A stretch of DNA of 64,000 nt from Hemiscyllium ocellatum (GCF_020745735.1 NW_026867603.1:1922001-1986000); one strand, 5' to 3'. Shown: positions 23,650 to 36,544, numbered from the stretch's first letter. The notes: a model not told the origin generated them from the letters alone. A program made the numbers and translations.

Positions 23650-26437
23650 CCAGAGAGATGTGCTATTGCAAAATTTTTTAGAAGCATTGTAATGGGTAGG
23701 CCTTTGCCACGAGAGGCTTCGAAGGGCTGCAGCTTCGTAAAAAGTACAGATGAACTCGGGTAAATATACTGCAGTTAAGGTGGCAGTTAGGAAAATCCCA
23801 TATGTCGCCTGCAGGATGCAGAAACTCATGGAGACTTCCATCGAACCTGATGACGACGCCTGTGTGAAATGAACCCATATGCAGCTCTTAAGTGTTGGAA
23901 CGGGATGCACTCAGGGCCTTCAAAAATGCTGAACGATTCATAGATATTTGGTAGAATGTCGACAATCTGTGTTTTTTTTTTGGAGCAGCTTATGATGGAA
24001 ACCATTGTGGAATATTCAATGTTGGAATTACTGTTGTACAATGAGGCAGATCTTTCAAGGGAAATAATGCTGAAGGAACCCTTTGGCGCTAATGGTCATA
24101 ATATGATTGAAATTACTCTGCAATTTCGAGAAAAGTGTAGAATCAGAGGTCACGGTATTACAGCTAAGTACAGGCAACTACAGAGTCATGATGCAGCATC
24201 TGTGTAGCATTGACTGGGAGAGGAGCCTAACAAGAAAACAGGGGAAAAGCAATGGGAGGTGTTTCCGTGAGTAGTTCAGGAGGTGCAGCAGAGATTCATC
24301 CCAAGGAAAAAGAAACATGGTGGAGGGAGAATGAGGCATCCGTGGCCGACTGGTGTAGTCAAAGATAGCATAAAAGCAAAGGAGAAAGCACAGACTGTGG
24401 GGAAGAGCATTGGGAATTGAGAGAATTAGTAAGCTTCCAAAACAAAACGAGGGCATTAAAAAAACAACAAAAGTAAGAAGGGTAAGATTAAATATGATTG
24501 TAAGACAGCCAGTAATATAAAGGAAGTCTGTAAGAGTTTACTTCGATATATAAAGTGCAAAAGAGAAGCCGAAGTGGATATTGGACGGTTGTGAAATGAC
24601 GCTGGAGAGATAATAGTGGGAAGGCAATATCCCTGCTCCTCGGATACTGCCGGACCTGCTGTGCTTTTCCAGTGCCATATTCTCGTTCTGCTCTCCAGCA
24701 TCTACAGTCTTCGCTTTCTCCGCAATAGTAGGGAGCAACAAGGAAATGGCTGAACAACTGAATAATTGCTTTGCATCAATTTTCACGGGGAAGACGCGAG
24801 TAGTAACCCCTAAATTCAAGAGAGTGAATGGGAAAAGCTGAATAAGTTAGCTATCACCAGGGAGAAGGTGCGAGAAAAGCTAAATGGCTTGAAGATGGAT
24901 AAAGTATCTGGACCAGATGGAGTATACTCGAGAGTTCTGAAGGAAGTAACTGAAGTGATAGCGAGGGTAAAGGTACTGATATTTCAGGTACTGCTAGAAT
25001 CAGGGAGGGTCCCAGAGAATCAGAAAATCACGAATGCGCATTCTTTTGAAAAGTATGTCAAGCAAATGACAGAAAATTACACACACATTCGACAAGTTTG
25101 GTCATGGGTAAAATCTTGGAATGCATTTCGAGGAATGAGATTTCTGAATACGTGGAACTGTATGGTAAAATGCGACAAATTCAGCTTGGTTTCGTGATGG
25201 GGGGTTCTTGCGTGACAAATCTTCTGGAACTCTTTGGGGAAAAATACAAGCAGGTTTCACCAAGGAGTGCCAATGGATTATATCTATCTGGAAACCAAGA
25301 AGGCCTTTAACAAGGTGCCTCACAGGAGTCTCCTGAGTAAGATAAAGGCCCTGGTGTTGGAGGCAACATGCAAGCATGTATAGAAGCTTCGCAGTCTGAC
25401 AGAAAGAATAGAGTGGCGATGAAAGCTTTCTTCTCATGTTGGCAACTGATGACGTGGTATTCAAGAAGGTTTAGCGTTGGGATCACAAATATTGACAGTA
25501 TACATGAACGAGGGTTTTGCAACTAACTTTTCAGATAAGCAAAGATAGGTCGAGGGACGGCTAGTATCGAAGAGGCGGGGAGGCCGCGGATAGATTTGGA
25601 CAGATCAGGAAAGTGACCAAAGAAGGATCAGATGGAGCACAACTTGTAAAAAAAAACAATGAGGTCATCAAATTTGGAAGGAAGAATAAGGCATGGACAA
25701 TTTTCTAAATGGGGAAAATATTCAGAGGTCTGAAGTATAAAGACACTTAGGAGTGCTTGTCAAGGATTCTGAAAGTTGTAATTTATGTCAGTAGTTAGGA
25801 TGGAAAATGCAATGATGACATTGATTTAAAGAATACCTGATTAGAAAAGCAAGGATGTACTTCAGAAGTTGTATAAGATTCTGGTCAGACCAGCTTTGGA
25901 GTCGTGTGAATAATTTTAGCTCCATATCTCAGGAAGGATATACTGGCATTGGAAATTGTTCAGAGGAGGTTCATGAGAATGGTCGCAGGAATAAAAAAAA
26001 CTTAACATATGAAGAACGTTTCTGGCCATGGTTTATATTCGATGGCGTTTAGAAGGAATAGGGAAAATCTAATTGAAACACACAGACTAGTGAATGGCCT
26101 GGACAACACAGATGTTGCAGAGATGCTTCAATTGGTGAAAGAGACAACGAACCGAGTGCATAGCCTTAGAGTAAAGGCAAGAACTTTCAAAACCAGATGA
26201 AGAGAAACATCTGCAGCCAGAGAGTGAGGAATATACATAATTTACTGCCACAGAAGGCTGTGGATGCCAAGTCATTGATTACCTTTAAGAGTGGAATATT
26301 TAGGTCCTTGAATACGAAGGGGGGAAAGGATTCCTGGAGAAACCAGGAGAACATGTTTCAGAAACTTTACAGCTATGATGAATAGCGGAATAGATGCGTT
26401 GAGTGGCCTAATTTCCGCCCCGATGTCTTATGGTCTT
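23650..26437 (+). mobile_element. Long decayed CR1: ORF1 Zn-finger remnant, deletion, then EN C-terminus, RT and 3' tail
   Basis: ORF1-like Cys segment at about 23790-23900; LLYNEADL..KEPFGANGHNMIE (EN end); KVSGPDG; tail TCTTATGGTCTT at about 26426-26437. Confidence 0.75.
24624..24723 (+). mobile_element. PLE tail inserted into CR1 with a degenerate target-site duplication
   Basis: Tail CCTGCTCCTCGGATACTGCC...GCTTTCTCC flanked by AATAGTGGGAAG (24612-24623) and AATAGTAGGGAG (24724-24735). Confidence 0.7.
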
Positions 26438-26599
26438 GCAATAGTTTGAGTTAGATGGTTACAATAAAGCTGCTGGCTAACGACCAGGAAAGGCAAGGCA
26501 GAGTTTACTGGAATCCCTTGTGCTTAATCGCTTCAAAAACAAGTATCACACTTTGAATACTGTTGCAGGTATGGCCGTTCAGGGGAAAACATCAGGACC

Positions 26600-26877
26600 C
26601 AGATTGGTGGTGCGACTACTGTCTCTGGGACGCAGTGGGAAATGGTAATTGTCAACAGGACTTTAGTGAAAAGTGCCTCTATATTTGGCTGTCACATGGC
26701 GATTTTGGGCCTACAGAAGGGAATCCAGGATGGTGCGTTGCCTCCCAGGTGCCAGGGTACAGGATGTCTCAGAAAAGCTGCCTAACGTTCTCAAGGGAGA
26801 GGGTGAGCAGCCAGAAGTCATTGTGCACGTATACCCAATCGACATGGGGAGGAAAAGGGATGAGCACCTGTACAGAA
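26600..26877 (+). mobile_element. CR1 ORF1 (SGNH-esterase-like) fragment, left part of the outer element
   Basis: RRESRMVRCLPGARVQDVSEKLPNVLKGEGEQPEVIVHV..DMGRKRDEHL; continues at about 29810. Confidence 0.75.
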
Positions 26878-29810
26878 AGTAGAACAAAGAACATAGAACA
26901 GAGAGCATGCAACATTAAAATGCAGTCCAGTCCCTTTGCCCCCCGATGTTGCATTAAACCGAGAAATCTATCTGAAGCCTATCTACCCTACATTATTCCG
27001 TTTTCCTTCACATGTTTATTCAACGACCATTTGAATGCCCACAAATTTAGCGAATCTATGACTATTGAAAGCAGCGCCTTAATCAACTTATAGATTTCTA
27101 GATGATTGCAAATCCTATCTATTATGACGTGTTCCAACAATTTACACGCAACTGAAGAAAGGCTTATATTAGCGCTTCCTCAATTTCCTTTGACTCCATG
27201 CACAAGTTCTCAACACTATCCTTAATTGGCTCGAATGTTATTCGAATCATTCCTTTATTCCTTGTATACTAAAATAAAGCCTTGCTGTTATCCTTCATCC
27301 TATTTGCCAATGACTTCTCATGTCCACAGCTGGCTCGTTACTGCTCTCTCTTTAAACTTTCTGTGTTTAACGTGTAACTCTCAAGCCCCCTAATTGAGCC
27401 AACACATCTCATCCTAATTCAGGGCAGGTCGTGCCTCACAAACCTTATTGAGTTCTTTGAGAAGGTGACCAAGGAAGTGGATGAGGGTAAAGCAGTAGAT
27501 GTTGTGTATATGGATTTTAGTAAGGCGTTCGATAAGGTTCCCCATGGTAGGCTTATGCTAAAACTTCGGAGGTATGGCATTGAGGATACATTAGAGGTTT
27601 GGATTAGGAATTGGCTGGCTGGAAGGAGACAGAGGGTAGTAGTTGATGGATTATGTTCATCTTGGAGCGCAGTTACTAGCGGTGTACCACAAGGATCTGT
27701 TTTGGGACCATTGCTTTTTGTTATCTTTATAAATGATCTAGAGGAAGGACTTGAAAGCTGGGTAAGCAAGTTTGCGGATGACACAAAAGTCGGTGGAGTT
27801 GTGGATAGTGAGGAAGGAAGTGGTAGGTTACAGCGGGATATAGATAAGTTGCAGAGCTGGGCGGAAATGTGGCAAATGGAATTCAATGTAGCTAAGTGCG
27901 AAGTCATTCACTTTGGTAGGAATAACAAGATGATGGATTACTGGGCTAATGGTAGGCTACTTGGTAGTGTGGATGAGCAGAGGGATCTTGGTGTCCATGT
28001 ACACAGATCTCTGAAAGTTGCCACCCAGGTAAATAGTGCTGTGAGGAAGGCATATGGTGTACTGGGCTTTATTGGCAGAGGAATTGAGTTCCGGAGTCCT
28101 GAGGTCATGTTGCAGTTGTATAAGACTCTGGTGCGGCCTCATCTGGAGTATTGTGTGCAGTTTTGGTCGCCATACTATAGGAAGGATGTGGAAGCTTTAG
28201 AACGAGTGCAGAGGAGGTTTACCAGGATGTTGCCTGGAATGGTAGGAAAATCTTATGAGGAAAGGCTGAGGCACTTGGGGCTGTTCTCATTGGAGAAGAG
28301 AAGGTTTAGGGGAGATCTGATAGAAGTGTATAAGATGATTAGGGGTTTAGATAGGGTAGATACTAAGAACCTTTTACCGCTAATGGAGTCAGGTGTTACT
28401 AGGGGACATAGCTTTAAATTAAGGGGTGGTAGGTATAGGACAGATGTTAGGGGTAGATTCTTCACACAGCGGGTTGTGAGTTCATGGAATGCCCTGCCCG
28501 TATCAGTGGTGAACTCTCCTTCTTTATGGTCATTTAAGCGGGCATTGGATAGGCATTTGGAAGTTATTGGGCTAGTATAGGTTAGGTAGGATTCGGTCGG
28601 CGCAACATCGAGGGCCGAAGGGCCTGTACTGCGCTGTATCTTTCTATGTTCTATGTTCTATGTTCTAATATAAGGATTATTTTCCTCTGGACACGAGGTT
28701 CAACTCCGTTAGGAAACCCTGACACCCGTGCTCGACAACGTCCTCCCGACCTGACAGGTACATACTTATCAAGGACATACATTATATGTACCTTGAATAA
28801 GCTCCATATTTCAATTGTGCCCATCCCCTGCAGCTTTCTTCCCCGCCCTCTGCATCCTAATTGTTGCTTAATCACTCGTAATTGGCTTTCCACCAGTTAC
28901 AACCCTTGCCCTGCGGAATGTACCTATCATTTGCCATTTTAAAACTAAACATAACCGAATTGTGATCACTATCATCAAAGTGGTCACCTACCTCCAATTC
29001 TAACACCTGCCCTGGTTCATGACCCTGTACCAAGTCTAATGTGGCCTTTTCCCTTGTTGGTCTGTCTACATACAGTTGCTGGAAACTCTCCTGCACACAT
29101 TTGACAAAAAATAATCAATCTAAAGTATTTGAACTATCGTATTCCCGGGCAATGCTTGCAAACTTATGGAGCCTCATTACAACGACCCCATCACTTTCGC
29201 TCCTATCGAGAATCACCTTTGCTATCCTTTCCCCTACATATCTGCAACTATTCGGAGGGCTACAGAAAGATTCAAACAGGGTGACCTCTCCTTTACTGTT
29301 TCTAACCTCAGCCCATACTACCCAATAGAAGAGCCCTCAAGTATCCTTTTCTGAAACAGTAACAATGTCCTTGACTGACAATGCCACCGCCCCAACCCCC
29401 CACCCCCACCCGCACCACTGCGTTTTGCCATGTTCTTCATTCTTACTGAAATATTGAAATCCCAGAACCCACAACAACCATTCCTGTCCCTGCTCTACGG
29501 ATGCCTCCGAAATGGCCACAGCATTGAAGTCCAGGTACCAACCCATGTTGCAGGCTCACCCACCTTCTTCTATATGCTCCTGGCTTTGAAGTCAAAACAC
29601 TTTAAACAAATTTCCTGCTTGCTGGTGCCCTATTGCGACCTTGAGAATATATTTTCAACCTCACTACTTTCAATCTCCTGTACATTCGGACGAGAATATA
29701 ACTTTCATCTCCCTGCTGAATTAGCAAAACCCACCCAAACAAATTTAGCAAACCCCGACAGGACCCCACCCGCTCAAAAATCCATTGGTGCCCCTCTGGT
29801 TCAGGTGCGG
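26878..29810 (-). mobile_element. Older CR1 (ORF1 end, EN, internally deleted RT, 3' tail) split by a young CR1 at 27419-28664
   Basis: Tail (CATAGAA)n at about 26880; HLNQRGTN at about 29809-29783; ATLDLV...GDHFDDSDHNSV in 28872-29096; flanks at 27418 and 28665 are colinear. Confidence 0.75.
27419..28664 (+). mobile_element. Young 5'-truncated CR1 LINE with intact RT C-terminal ORF (27465-28580) and (TTCTATG)n tail
   Basis: 371 aa uninterrupted: YMDFSKAFDKVPH, GVPQGSVLGPLLF, KFADDTK; 5-bp TSD CTAAT at 27414-27418 and 28665-28669. Confidence 0.95.
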
Positions 29811-30560
29811 AGTAATGAAAAATGTTAAAACAAGCATCTTGCTGGTGATAATCTCTGGAATATGTCCAGTGTCACGTGTTTGTGAGAGTATGAACAGGAG
29901 GAGTTCACAGATGAATGCGTGGTTAAAGAATAGATGCACTGCACAGGGATTCAGATTTTTGGATCATTGCGATCATTGTAGTGCATCTGTCTATATTCAA
30001 GATGGACAGTTTGCTCTTGAAGTGGAAGACAATCAATATCTTGTTGGCCACATGTGCTAATGCTGCAAGGGACGGTGCAAACTAGATTGACAGGGGAATT
30101 GGGATCCACAACGGCAAGGAGGCAATTGCGACGTTCGAAGGAGATACAGTAATCATAAATAGTAAAGTGAATAACCATGTCAGCTGCAAAACAACAGACA
30201 GCAAGGAAAGCTTGTTGGATAATTTTACATTTATTTCAATATAACATTGCTGCCAGGTAGGGCTGATGAACTCAGGGCAAGGATAGTTACATGGAGCTGG
30301 AACATTGCCTCAAATATAGAAACATGGCTAAGGGAGGGATAGGGTTGGCAGCATAATGCGACAAGGTCCAGGTGCTTTATGCATGACAGAGGTGGTGGGA
30401 AGAAGGCAAGAAGGGTTGCATTTTTGACTGAGGAGAATTTCACAGCAGTAGCCAGAGATGAAATAAGTGAAAGAGCATCAATTGTGATTTTGTGGTTGGA
30501 CATAATAAAAAAAGAAGGGAATGGCAATGTTACTGGGGTTGTACTATGGGTCGTCAAATA
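29811..30560 (+). mobile_element. CR1 ORF1 end, inter-ORF and EN start, right part of the outer element
   Basis: VIISGICPVSRVCESMNRRSSQMNAWLKNRC..GFRFLDH; EN start near 30230. Confidence 0.75.
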
Positions 30561-30599
30561 GTATTAGTCCCCTATGTGTGATTCCTTTTTCAGTTTCGC

Positions 30600-31200
30600 T
30601 ACGATCAACGCACATTCTTTGAAACTGGAGAGAACACTGGCATATATTCCACATCAGACAATATTACCATCTGAGTGATTCAGCTGGAGGGTGTTCAGTG
30701 CACATCCCCTGTGGTCAGTATATTGTTTCTTAGATTGTAGTACCAAACTGTGTACAATATTTCATGTACTTTTCATCAATACTCCATGCATCTGCTTCAG
30801 GATGTATTTACCTCTGTACTCACATTCCTTTCAAATGAGTGCAAACGTAACTGAAGCCTTCTATTTGCATATCTTACTCCCAATATCCATAACTTCAATT
30901 TTGTTCACTATTGCACTGCGTGAGTTCTTGTAGGTTACTCCTGTATATCCAAATATGCCATACCCATTGCTTCACCATTGTCAATTGCTGCAATAATTAC
31001 CTTCAATGCATTCAAAATAAAAGTTGGTCATAGGATTGTTTTTCAGAAATGGGTACTATTTCTCTCCAATTTAGCTGTTATTTTCTAAATATTGAATATC
31101 ACGTCCTTTATCAAAGATTGAAAATAATTCCTCTAGTGCATGACAAGTTGACTAGTCCGTAATTGGCAATTCATCCTTTTCTTCCATTCTTTGATTGTCG
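30600..31200 (-). mobile_element. Decayed CR1 RT fragments
   Basis: Reverse-complement RT-like stretches, heavily mutated. Confidence 0.35.
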
Positions 31201-31211
31201 GATTACGTCAC

Positions 31212-31480
31212 GATTAGATTAGATTACTGACAGTGTGGAAACAGGCCGTTTGGCTCAATAAGACCACAATGACCCGCCGAAGCATAACCCACTCAGATTC
31301 TCACCCTACATTTACCCCTTCACCTAGCATGACGTGCAATTCAGCACGGCCAATTCACTTAACCTGTATATTTTTGGAGTGTGGGAAGAAACCCACACAG
31401 AGTCGCCTGAGGTGGGAATTGATCCCGCGTCTCTGGCACTGTGAGGCAGCAGTGCAAACCACTGTGCCACCGTGCCACCC
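31212..31480 (-). mobile_element. HE1-like SINE with internal deletion
   Basis: Head GGGTGGCACGGTGGCACAGTGG and (TAATC)n tail; part of the central domain is missing. Confidence 0.85.
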
Positions 31481-31674
31481 TAACTTCCAGTTATCCAAAT
31501 TTCCTGTACATTTTGATTTTTCAGAATGTATAAGAAAATAATATAATAATCCCCAATACAATCAAGATGTCTATTGTTCTTTCCTCCGAACTTCTCGTAA
31601 GAATTGCATCTCATCAGTCAGACTTATCAATGCTTAATCCAGCTACTTTTTCAAATGCTATCTTAGAATTCTAT

Positions 31675-31974
31675 AAGTGTGGAAACTGGCCAAATGGCTG
31701 AACGAGTCCACACCGAACCTCCAAAGAGCATCCGACTCAGGCTCATTCCCCTTCCCTTATTACTCGACATTTCCCCTCACAAATGCAACTCGAAGAACAC
31801 GGCTAATTCACCTAACCTTCCCATCTTTGTACTTTGAGAAGAAACCTGAACACTGCTAGAAACACACAGATAGAAAGTGCAAACCCCGAACACACAGTCG
31901 CCTGAAGCTGAAATCGAACCCGTTTCACGAGCACAGTAATGCAACAGTGCTAATCACTAGGCCACCATCCCGCC
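31675..31974 (-). mobile_element. Older diverged HE1-like SINE
   Basis: Same head, core and tail order as other copies, many substitutions. Confidence 0.7.
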
Positions 31975-31999
31975 TTCTCAGCGATATTAATGATGTTTG

Positions 32000-33560
32000 A
32001 CTTTATTTGCACCCGTTCACGTAGTCAAGTCATCTGCTTGACAGACGTTCTCGATCTTCCTTCATGAAGTCAGATGGGAAGTAACTGTTTAGTATCCCAG
32101 TCACTTCTCTGTTGTCTACAATATATTATTCTGTCTTCTCACTCATTCTTGCAAATTTTATAACCCTTTTATTTGCTTTGCAAGTTTTTGTATTTCTTGT
32201 TAGTTTGCATTATTGTTCTCTTTTTGATTTTCTTATCAGTTTCTTGGTCCTCCTCCGTTTGTGTCTAAAATTTCTCTGAATCCATGGATTACCACAACAT
32301 CTGGCTTCTTTTTATTTTTCTGAGTCCAATTCTTCGACCTCATGTTATCTTTAACATCTTTTGTTCATTAAATTTGAGTCAACTTTCCGTTTGGCAGTTT
32401 GTACCTGGGAGAGATGTATATACATTGTCTAACTTACAGTGTTTCTATGCGTAACAGACATTGCCTAGCTCCTGTTAAAACTGATTCATGTACTCTTCCA
32501 ATGCATTGAAGCCAACTTGTCCTCATCCCTTCATAGATGGCTGGTCTCGGGTTCATACCCGTAATTTAACATAAAACAAAAAACGTTTTCTTTTATTTCG
32601 ACATCATATAAAATGCAATATAATGTGTTGAATATGCCCAAAAGCTCCTTTATAACAAAGTTTTCACATCTGATCACACAGCACCTATTCTACAGCAGCC
32701 TGATCACTTTCTTTGCGCTCAACATATTGTTAAAGCAAACAGTCTCACACACGCTCATGACATCCATTTTTATCATCATTAATTTTCAGTTCAGCTAACT
32801 CTGTTTAGATCCAGCATGAATTTGTCCATTATTACCAGACTACACGGAACTTGTATATCTAATTTCCTGCTTGAAAATATACCCAACATTTGACTTGCCG
32901 TTTTGACTTAGACATATAGATTCCATCAAGCTATGCTTTAACTTGCTATTTCTTAGCTCCACCTTGCCACGTTCTGTGAAGATTAAGGGTAGATTCACTG
33001 GAGATGTTTTGGGTGGCTTATCTCGACATTGAGAGCATTAACTCTTCTCAAAAAACATTTTGACTTTTTCAACACATCTTCCGTTATGTGGGTGAAGTAG
33101 ACAAGGCCAAAACGTCTTTTAACAATGCTGTGTATTCCCAAAGACTGGGCTAACCTGGTTCGGAAGTGTACACTAGTGTGGTAATGTGTTGCTGCAGCTT
33201 TACACCATTTTAGTGAGATCACATTTGGAGTAGTGTGTGCAGATTTAATCACCTCACCGAAGAGAGGATATTGTTACATTGGAAACAACTTAGATATGAT
33301 TCCCTCAAATGATTCGTTCAATGAAGCTGTTAACTTTTCAGGGAAGGATTATCAAGTTGTTCAAATATACAATTACTAGGAATGAAAGATGGTCGCATTT
33401 TTATCTAACACTGGAAGGAGTAACCAACACAAGACTATCACTGAGAAAAAATGGAGCAATCCATTCCATTACTCCAGCCGTTTACACAGGAATAGCTCAA
33501 GTATATTCAGGTCTTCGATGATATTGCACCAGAACAAGAATGGAATGTTCAGGTCCTAAA
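32000..33560. mobile_element. Decayed CR1 fragments (minus strand about 32000-32960, plus strand about 33000-33560)
   Basis: CACATTTGGAGTAGTGTGTGCAG (HLE.CVQ) near 33221; linker-like reverse-complement segments. Confidence 0.4.
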
Positions 33561-33739
33561 GCCTGATGCACACTTACAAGAGGAAGCCAATCAGCCCCTC
33601 CAGTCTTCAACACTGAACGCAGAGTAGGCCATGCATCTCCAGTATGCTATTGCACAACAACAGGATCAGCAGATTCAGATTCCTCAATCTGTAAAATTGG
33701 AATTGCAAAAAGGTCTCAAAGTGACTGCAAATTGTTAGA

Positions 33740-34110
33740 AGAAAAGACAATTGATCACAGCGAGCCTGTTGCACAGGAAGTGGAGAAGGATACAAAGCCA
33801 TTTGAGGCCTTACTAAAAATGTGGCAGAAGAACGTATTGCAGCTATATGCCTGTTTTATGGGAAGAGAAAAAGACGAATCCCTCCTCCGGTCCTATTTCA
33901 GTGATGCAGGAAAAGAACGTCTCGTACCTCGAGTCTGTTATGAAAGGCAAAGATTGCTCAGCTCCCCCAACTGCTGCACAGCAAGAGAAAGATTCCATTA
34001 CATATCAACAGTTTGAGGACAAGCAGACAATAAGCCTCTGACTCGCGAACAGGGGCAGGGGATACCGACTATAATGTTAGAACTGCGGGAGGATAGTCAG
34101 TCCATCGAGT
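33740..34110 (+). mobile_element. Possible decayed Gypsy-like LTR-retrotransposon gag-protease remnant
   Basis: Frameshifted zinc-knuckle-like K-C-G-R-R-x-(H>R)-I-A-A-I-C at about 33815-33850 and a protease-like IPTIMLELREDSQS at about 34063-34104. Weak. Confidence 0.3.
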
Positions 34111-34569
34111 ATTAAAACCAGGAACGCAATGATTCTGTTCAGTTACTCATCCTTCTTGCACAGCAATCTGAGCATACCTTTTAAAACTTTGTGCCCGATA
34201 GACAGGTGGTTATGCAACCGGGAGAATTTTGGATGAGCATCTTCAAGAAGGAATATAAAGTAGTTGACAAAATATTGGGATTACATGCAATTTGTTGAAT
34301 TCCATTGTGTCACAGACAAGGCCATATTCCCTCAGTATAGTTCAATGCAGTAGCCCAGGACCTGTTTGGATCCAAAACACTAGCGGTTTTAAGCAGATGC
34401 ATTGCGGATAGTCCAAGATTGATGCAGCTGGCCCAACCATTCTGTTTCGAAGAAAAACAAAATTTGCACATAGACTACTGCAACAATAAACGGGCAACAG
34501 AGAGCAGAATACAGAATGACTCAATTTATCTGAAAACACCATCGACTCTATCACGACTTAATGATGCTA

Positions 34570-35185
34570 TTCCAAACTGTCAACTGATACTAACGTATTT
34601 AGAAGAGTATAATGTAATTAAATGTACGAAATTTACAAATGGGTATGGTTAGTTTCGATGAATGGGCGAACGTTTGGCAGATGGAATTTAACGTGGAAAG
34701 ATACTCCATGGGCTATTTTGGTTTAAGGAATACAAATACAAATCATTATCTAAATTGAAATAAACTTCAGAGTGCTTAAGCACAGAAGGATCTTGATTTC
34801 CTCGTACATATCATAGAAAACAGATATGCAGGCACAGCAGATAATGAAAAACGCAACAGTAATTTAGCGTTTATTTTTACAAGAATAAAATATAAAGGTA
34901 AGAATTGCTGCTGCAACTTCGAAGAGCATGAGTCAGGTCACAACTTGAGTACGCTCTGGAGTTTAAAGTAATGAGGGGCGATTTCAATGACGTCTGTAAA
35001 TGCAAAAGATGATTCACAATGTGGATATAGAGTGGAGATTTCCTTATGTAGAACATGACATCGGTTTTCGGATAAAACAGTAGATTTAAACAAGGTGTGA
35101 GGAGAAATTACTTCCCTCAGACTGTTGTGAATCTGCACAATTTACTACCCAAGACTGCAGTGGATGCTCGGACATTGATAAAATG
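34570..35185 (+). mobile_element. Decayed CR1 RT C-terminal fragment
   Basis: TGGCAGATGGAATTTAACGTGGAAA (WQMEFNVE) at 34675-34699 and a 3' FSQTVVNL-type segment. Confidence 0.65.
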
Positions 35186-35758
35186 ACCATTCAGGCAACA
35201 GAGGTGTTGCAATTTCCAGTACAGAGGGTATTCACCAACATGATTTATGCGCATGGTCACACTGTAACATCAATGAAGTGAGAGTTCCTTCTTATCCTCT
35301 ACCACTGCACATTGAAACGAGGACCCCGCAGAACCATGTTCACCATCGCGATCCCGCTATGCTGGGAAAACAAGGATCCATCTGGGAGCTCGCTGCTGAG
35401 GGAGAAAATATTGCCGTCAGATCAGTCAACGTTTTTATACTCTGTCACTTCCTGTTGACATTGATGTTGGTGTGTTCAGAGATGGTGGATATGTGACCCG
35501 CTTCTGCCTACAAAGTTCTGGAACACCGAAGCTGAATGAAACTGTGAGCCGAACAGCCACTCGCAACTCCATCCTTCACCTGATGTGTGGCTGCAGTTTG
35601 TGTAAAAGCAGGTGACACCGCTCAGTGATCAGCTCCTTAATCAATCGGAGTCCACTCACAATCTGCTACTGTTCTTTGTGTGGCTGAGGAAACGGTTCCT
35701 GGAATACTCGAAGATGATACGGCAGATCTCTTTAACACATTCACTCATTTGTCACTTA

Positions 35759-36108
35759 TGGGTGGCACGGTGGCACAATGGGTGGCACGGTGGCACAGTG
35801 GTTAGCACTGCTGCCTCACAGCGCCTGAGACCCGGGTTCAATTCCCGACTCAGGCGACTGACTGTGTGGAGTTTGCACGTTCTCCCTGTGTCTGCGTGGG
35901 TTTCCTCCGGGTGCTCCGGTTTCCTCCCACAGTCCAAAGGTGTGCGGGCCAGGTGAATTGGCCATGCTAAATTGCCCGTAGTGTTGCACCTAGTGTTAGG
36001 TAAGGGGTAAATGTAGGGGTATGGGTGAGTTCGCTTCGGCGCGTCGGTGTGGACTTGTTGGGCCGAACGGCCTGTTTCCACACTGTAAATCTAATCTAAT
36101 CTAATCTA
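35759..36108 (+). mobile_element. Full-length HE1-like SINE with a 20-bp duplicated head
   Basis: A boxes at 35771-35781 and 35791-35801, B box GGTTCAATTCC at 35835-35845, tail (CTAAT)x4. Confidence 0.95.
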
Positions 36109-36544
36109 CTTCGCCTGATGGATTTGTATCGAACAATAATTTATTTCAGCGTCATTTTGACGAAGTGTGACGGGGGGATTATCTGCAGGAATCCGAGGCA
36201 GTTACCTGGTGCTATCTTATCTAGCACACGTTATTAATTTCCTATCCCACCCCATAGTGTCCCTCTCATTCAATGCCAGCCCAATTCTTCCACTCATCAT
36301 TGCTGGAGGTACTCACACTCTCCAAGATTCCGTTATCCCTGGCACTAGTGCCATGTTTAAAAGGCCAATGGGCACACAGTTAAGCTTTCTCAGTTCAGAG
36401 CTTGCCTGCACATTTTACTCTGAGTATGCAGATAAGGTGTAATTACACCATGATGTGTCGACAGGTGCACGGATGGGTTGCTACTCATGCAGATAATTCT
36501 CTTTCCAGAGAATGCTACGCCACCAAATCCAGATAAACTGAGGA

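Noticed and set aside
27419-27907. Long antisense ORFs over CR1 copies (also 53004-53321, 55783-56280)
   Set aside because: Shadow frames of conserved CR1 ORF2.
23268-35244. Exact 19-mer GGGTATTCACCAACATGAT at 23268 and 35226
   Set aside because: Both contexts look like the decayed CR1 VQRRFTRM segment, so shared TE ancestry explains it.
35759-35850. tRNA gene at SINE heads (also 8377-8693, 31212-31480, 38724-38796, 40518-40824)
   Set aside because: A/B boxes only, no cloverleaf I could fold, and SINE body follows in most copies.
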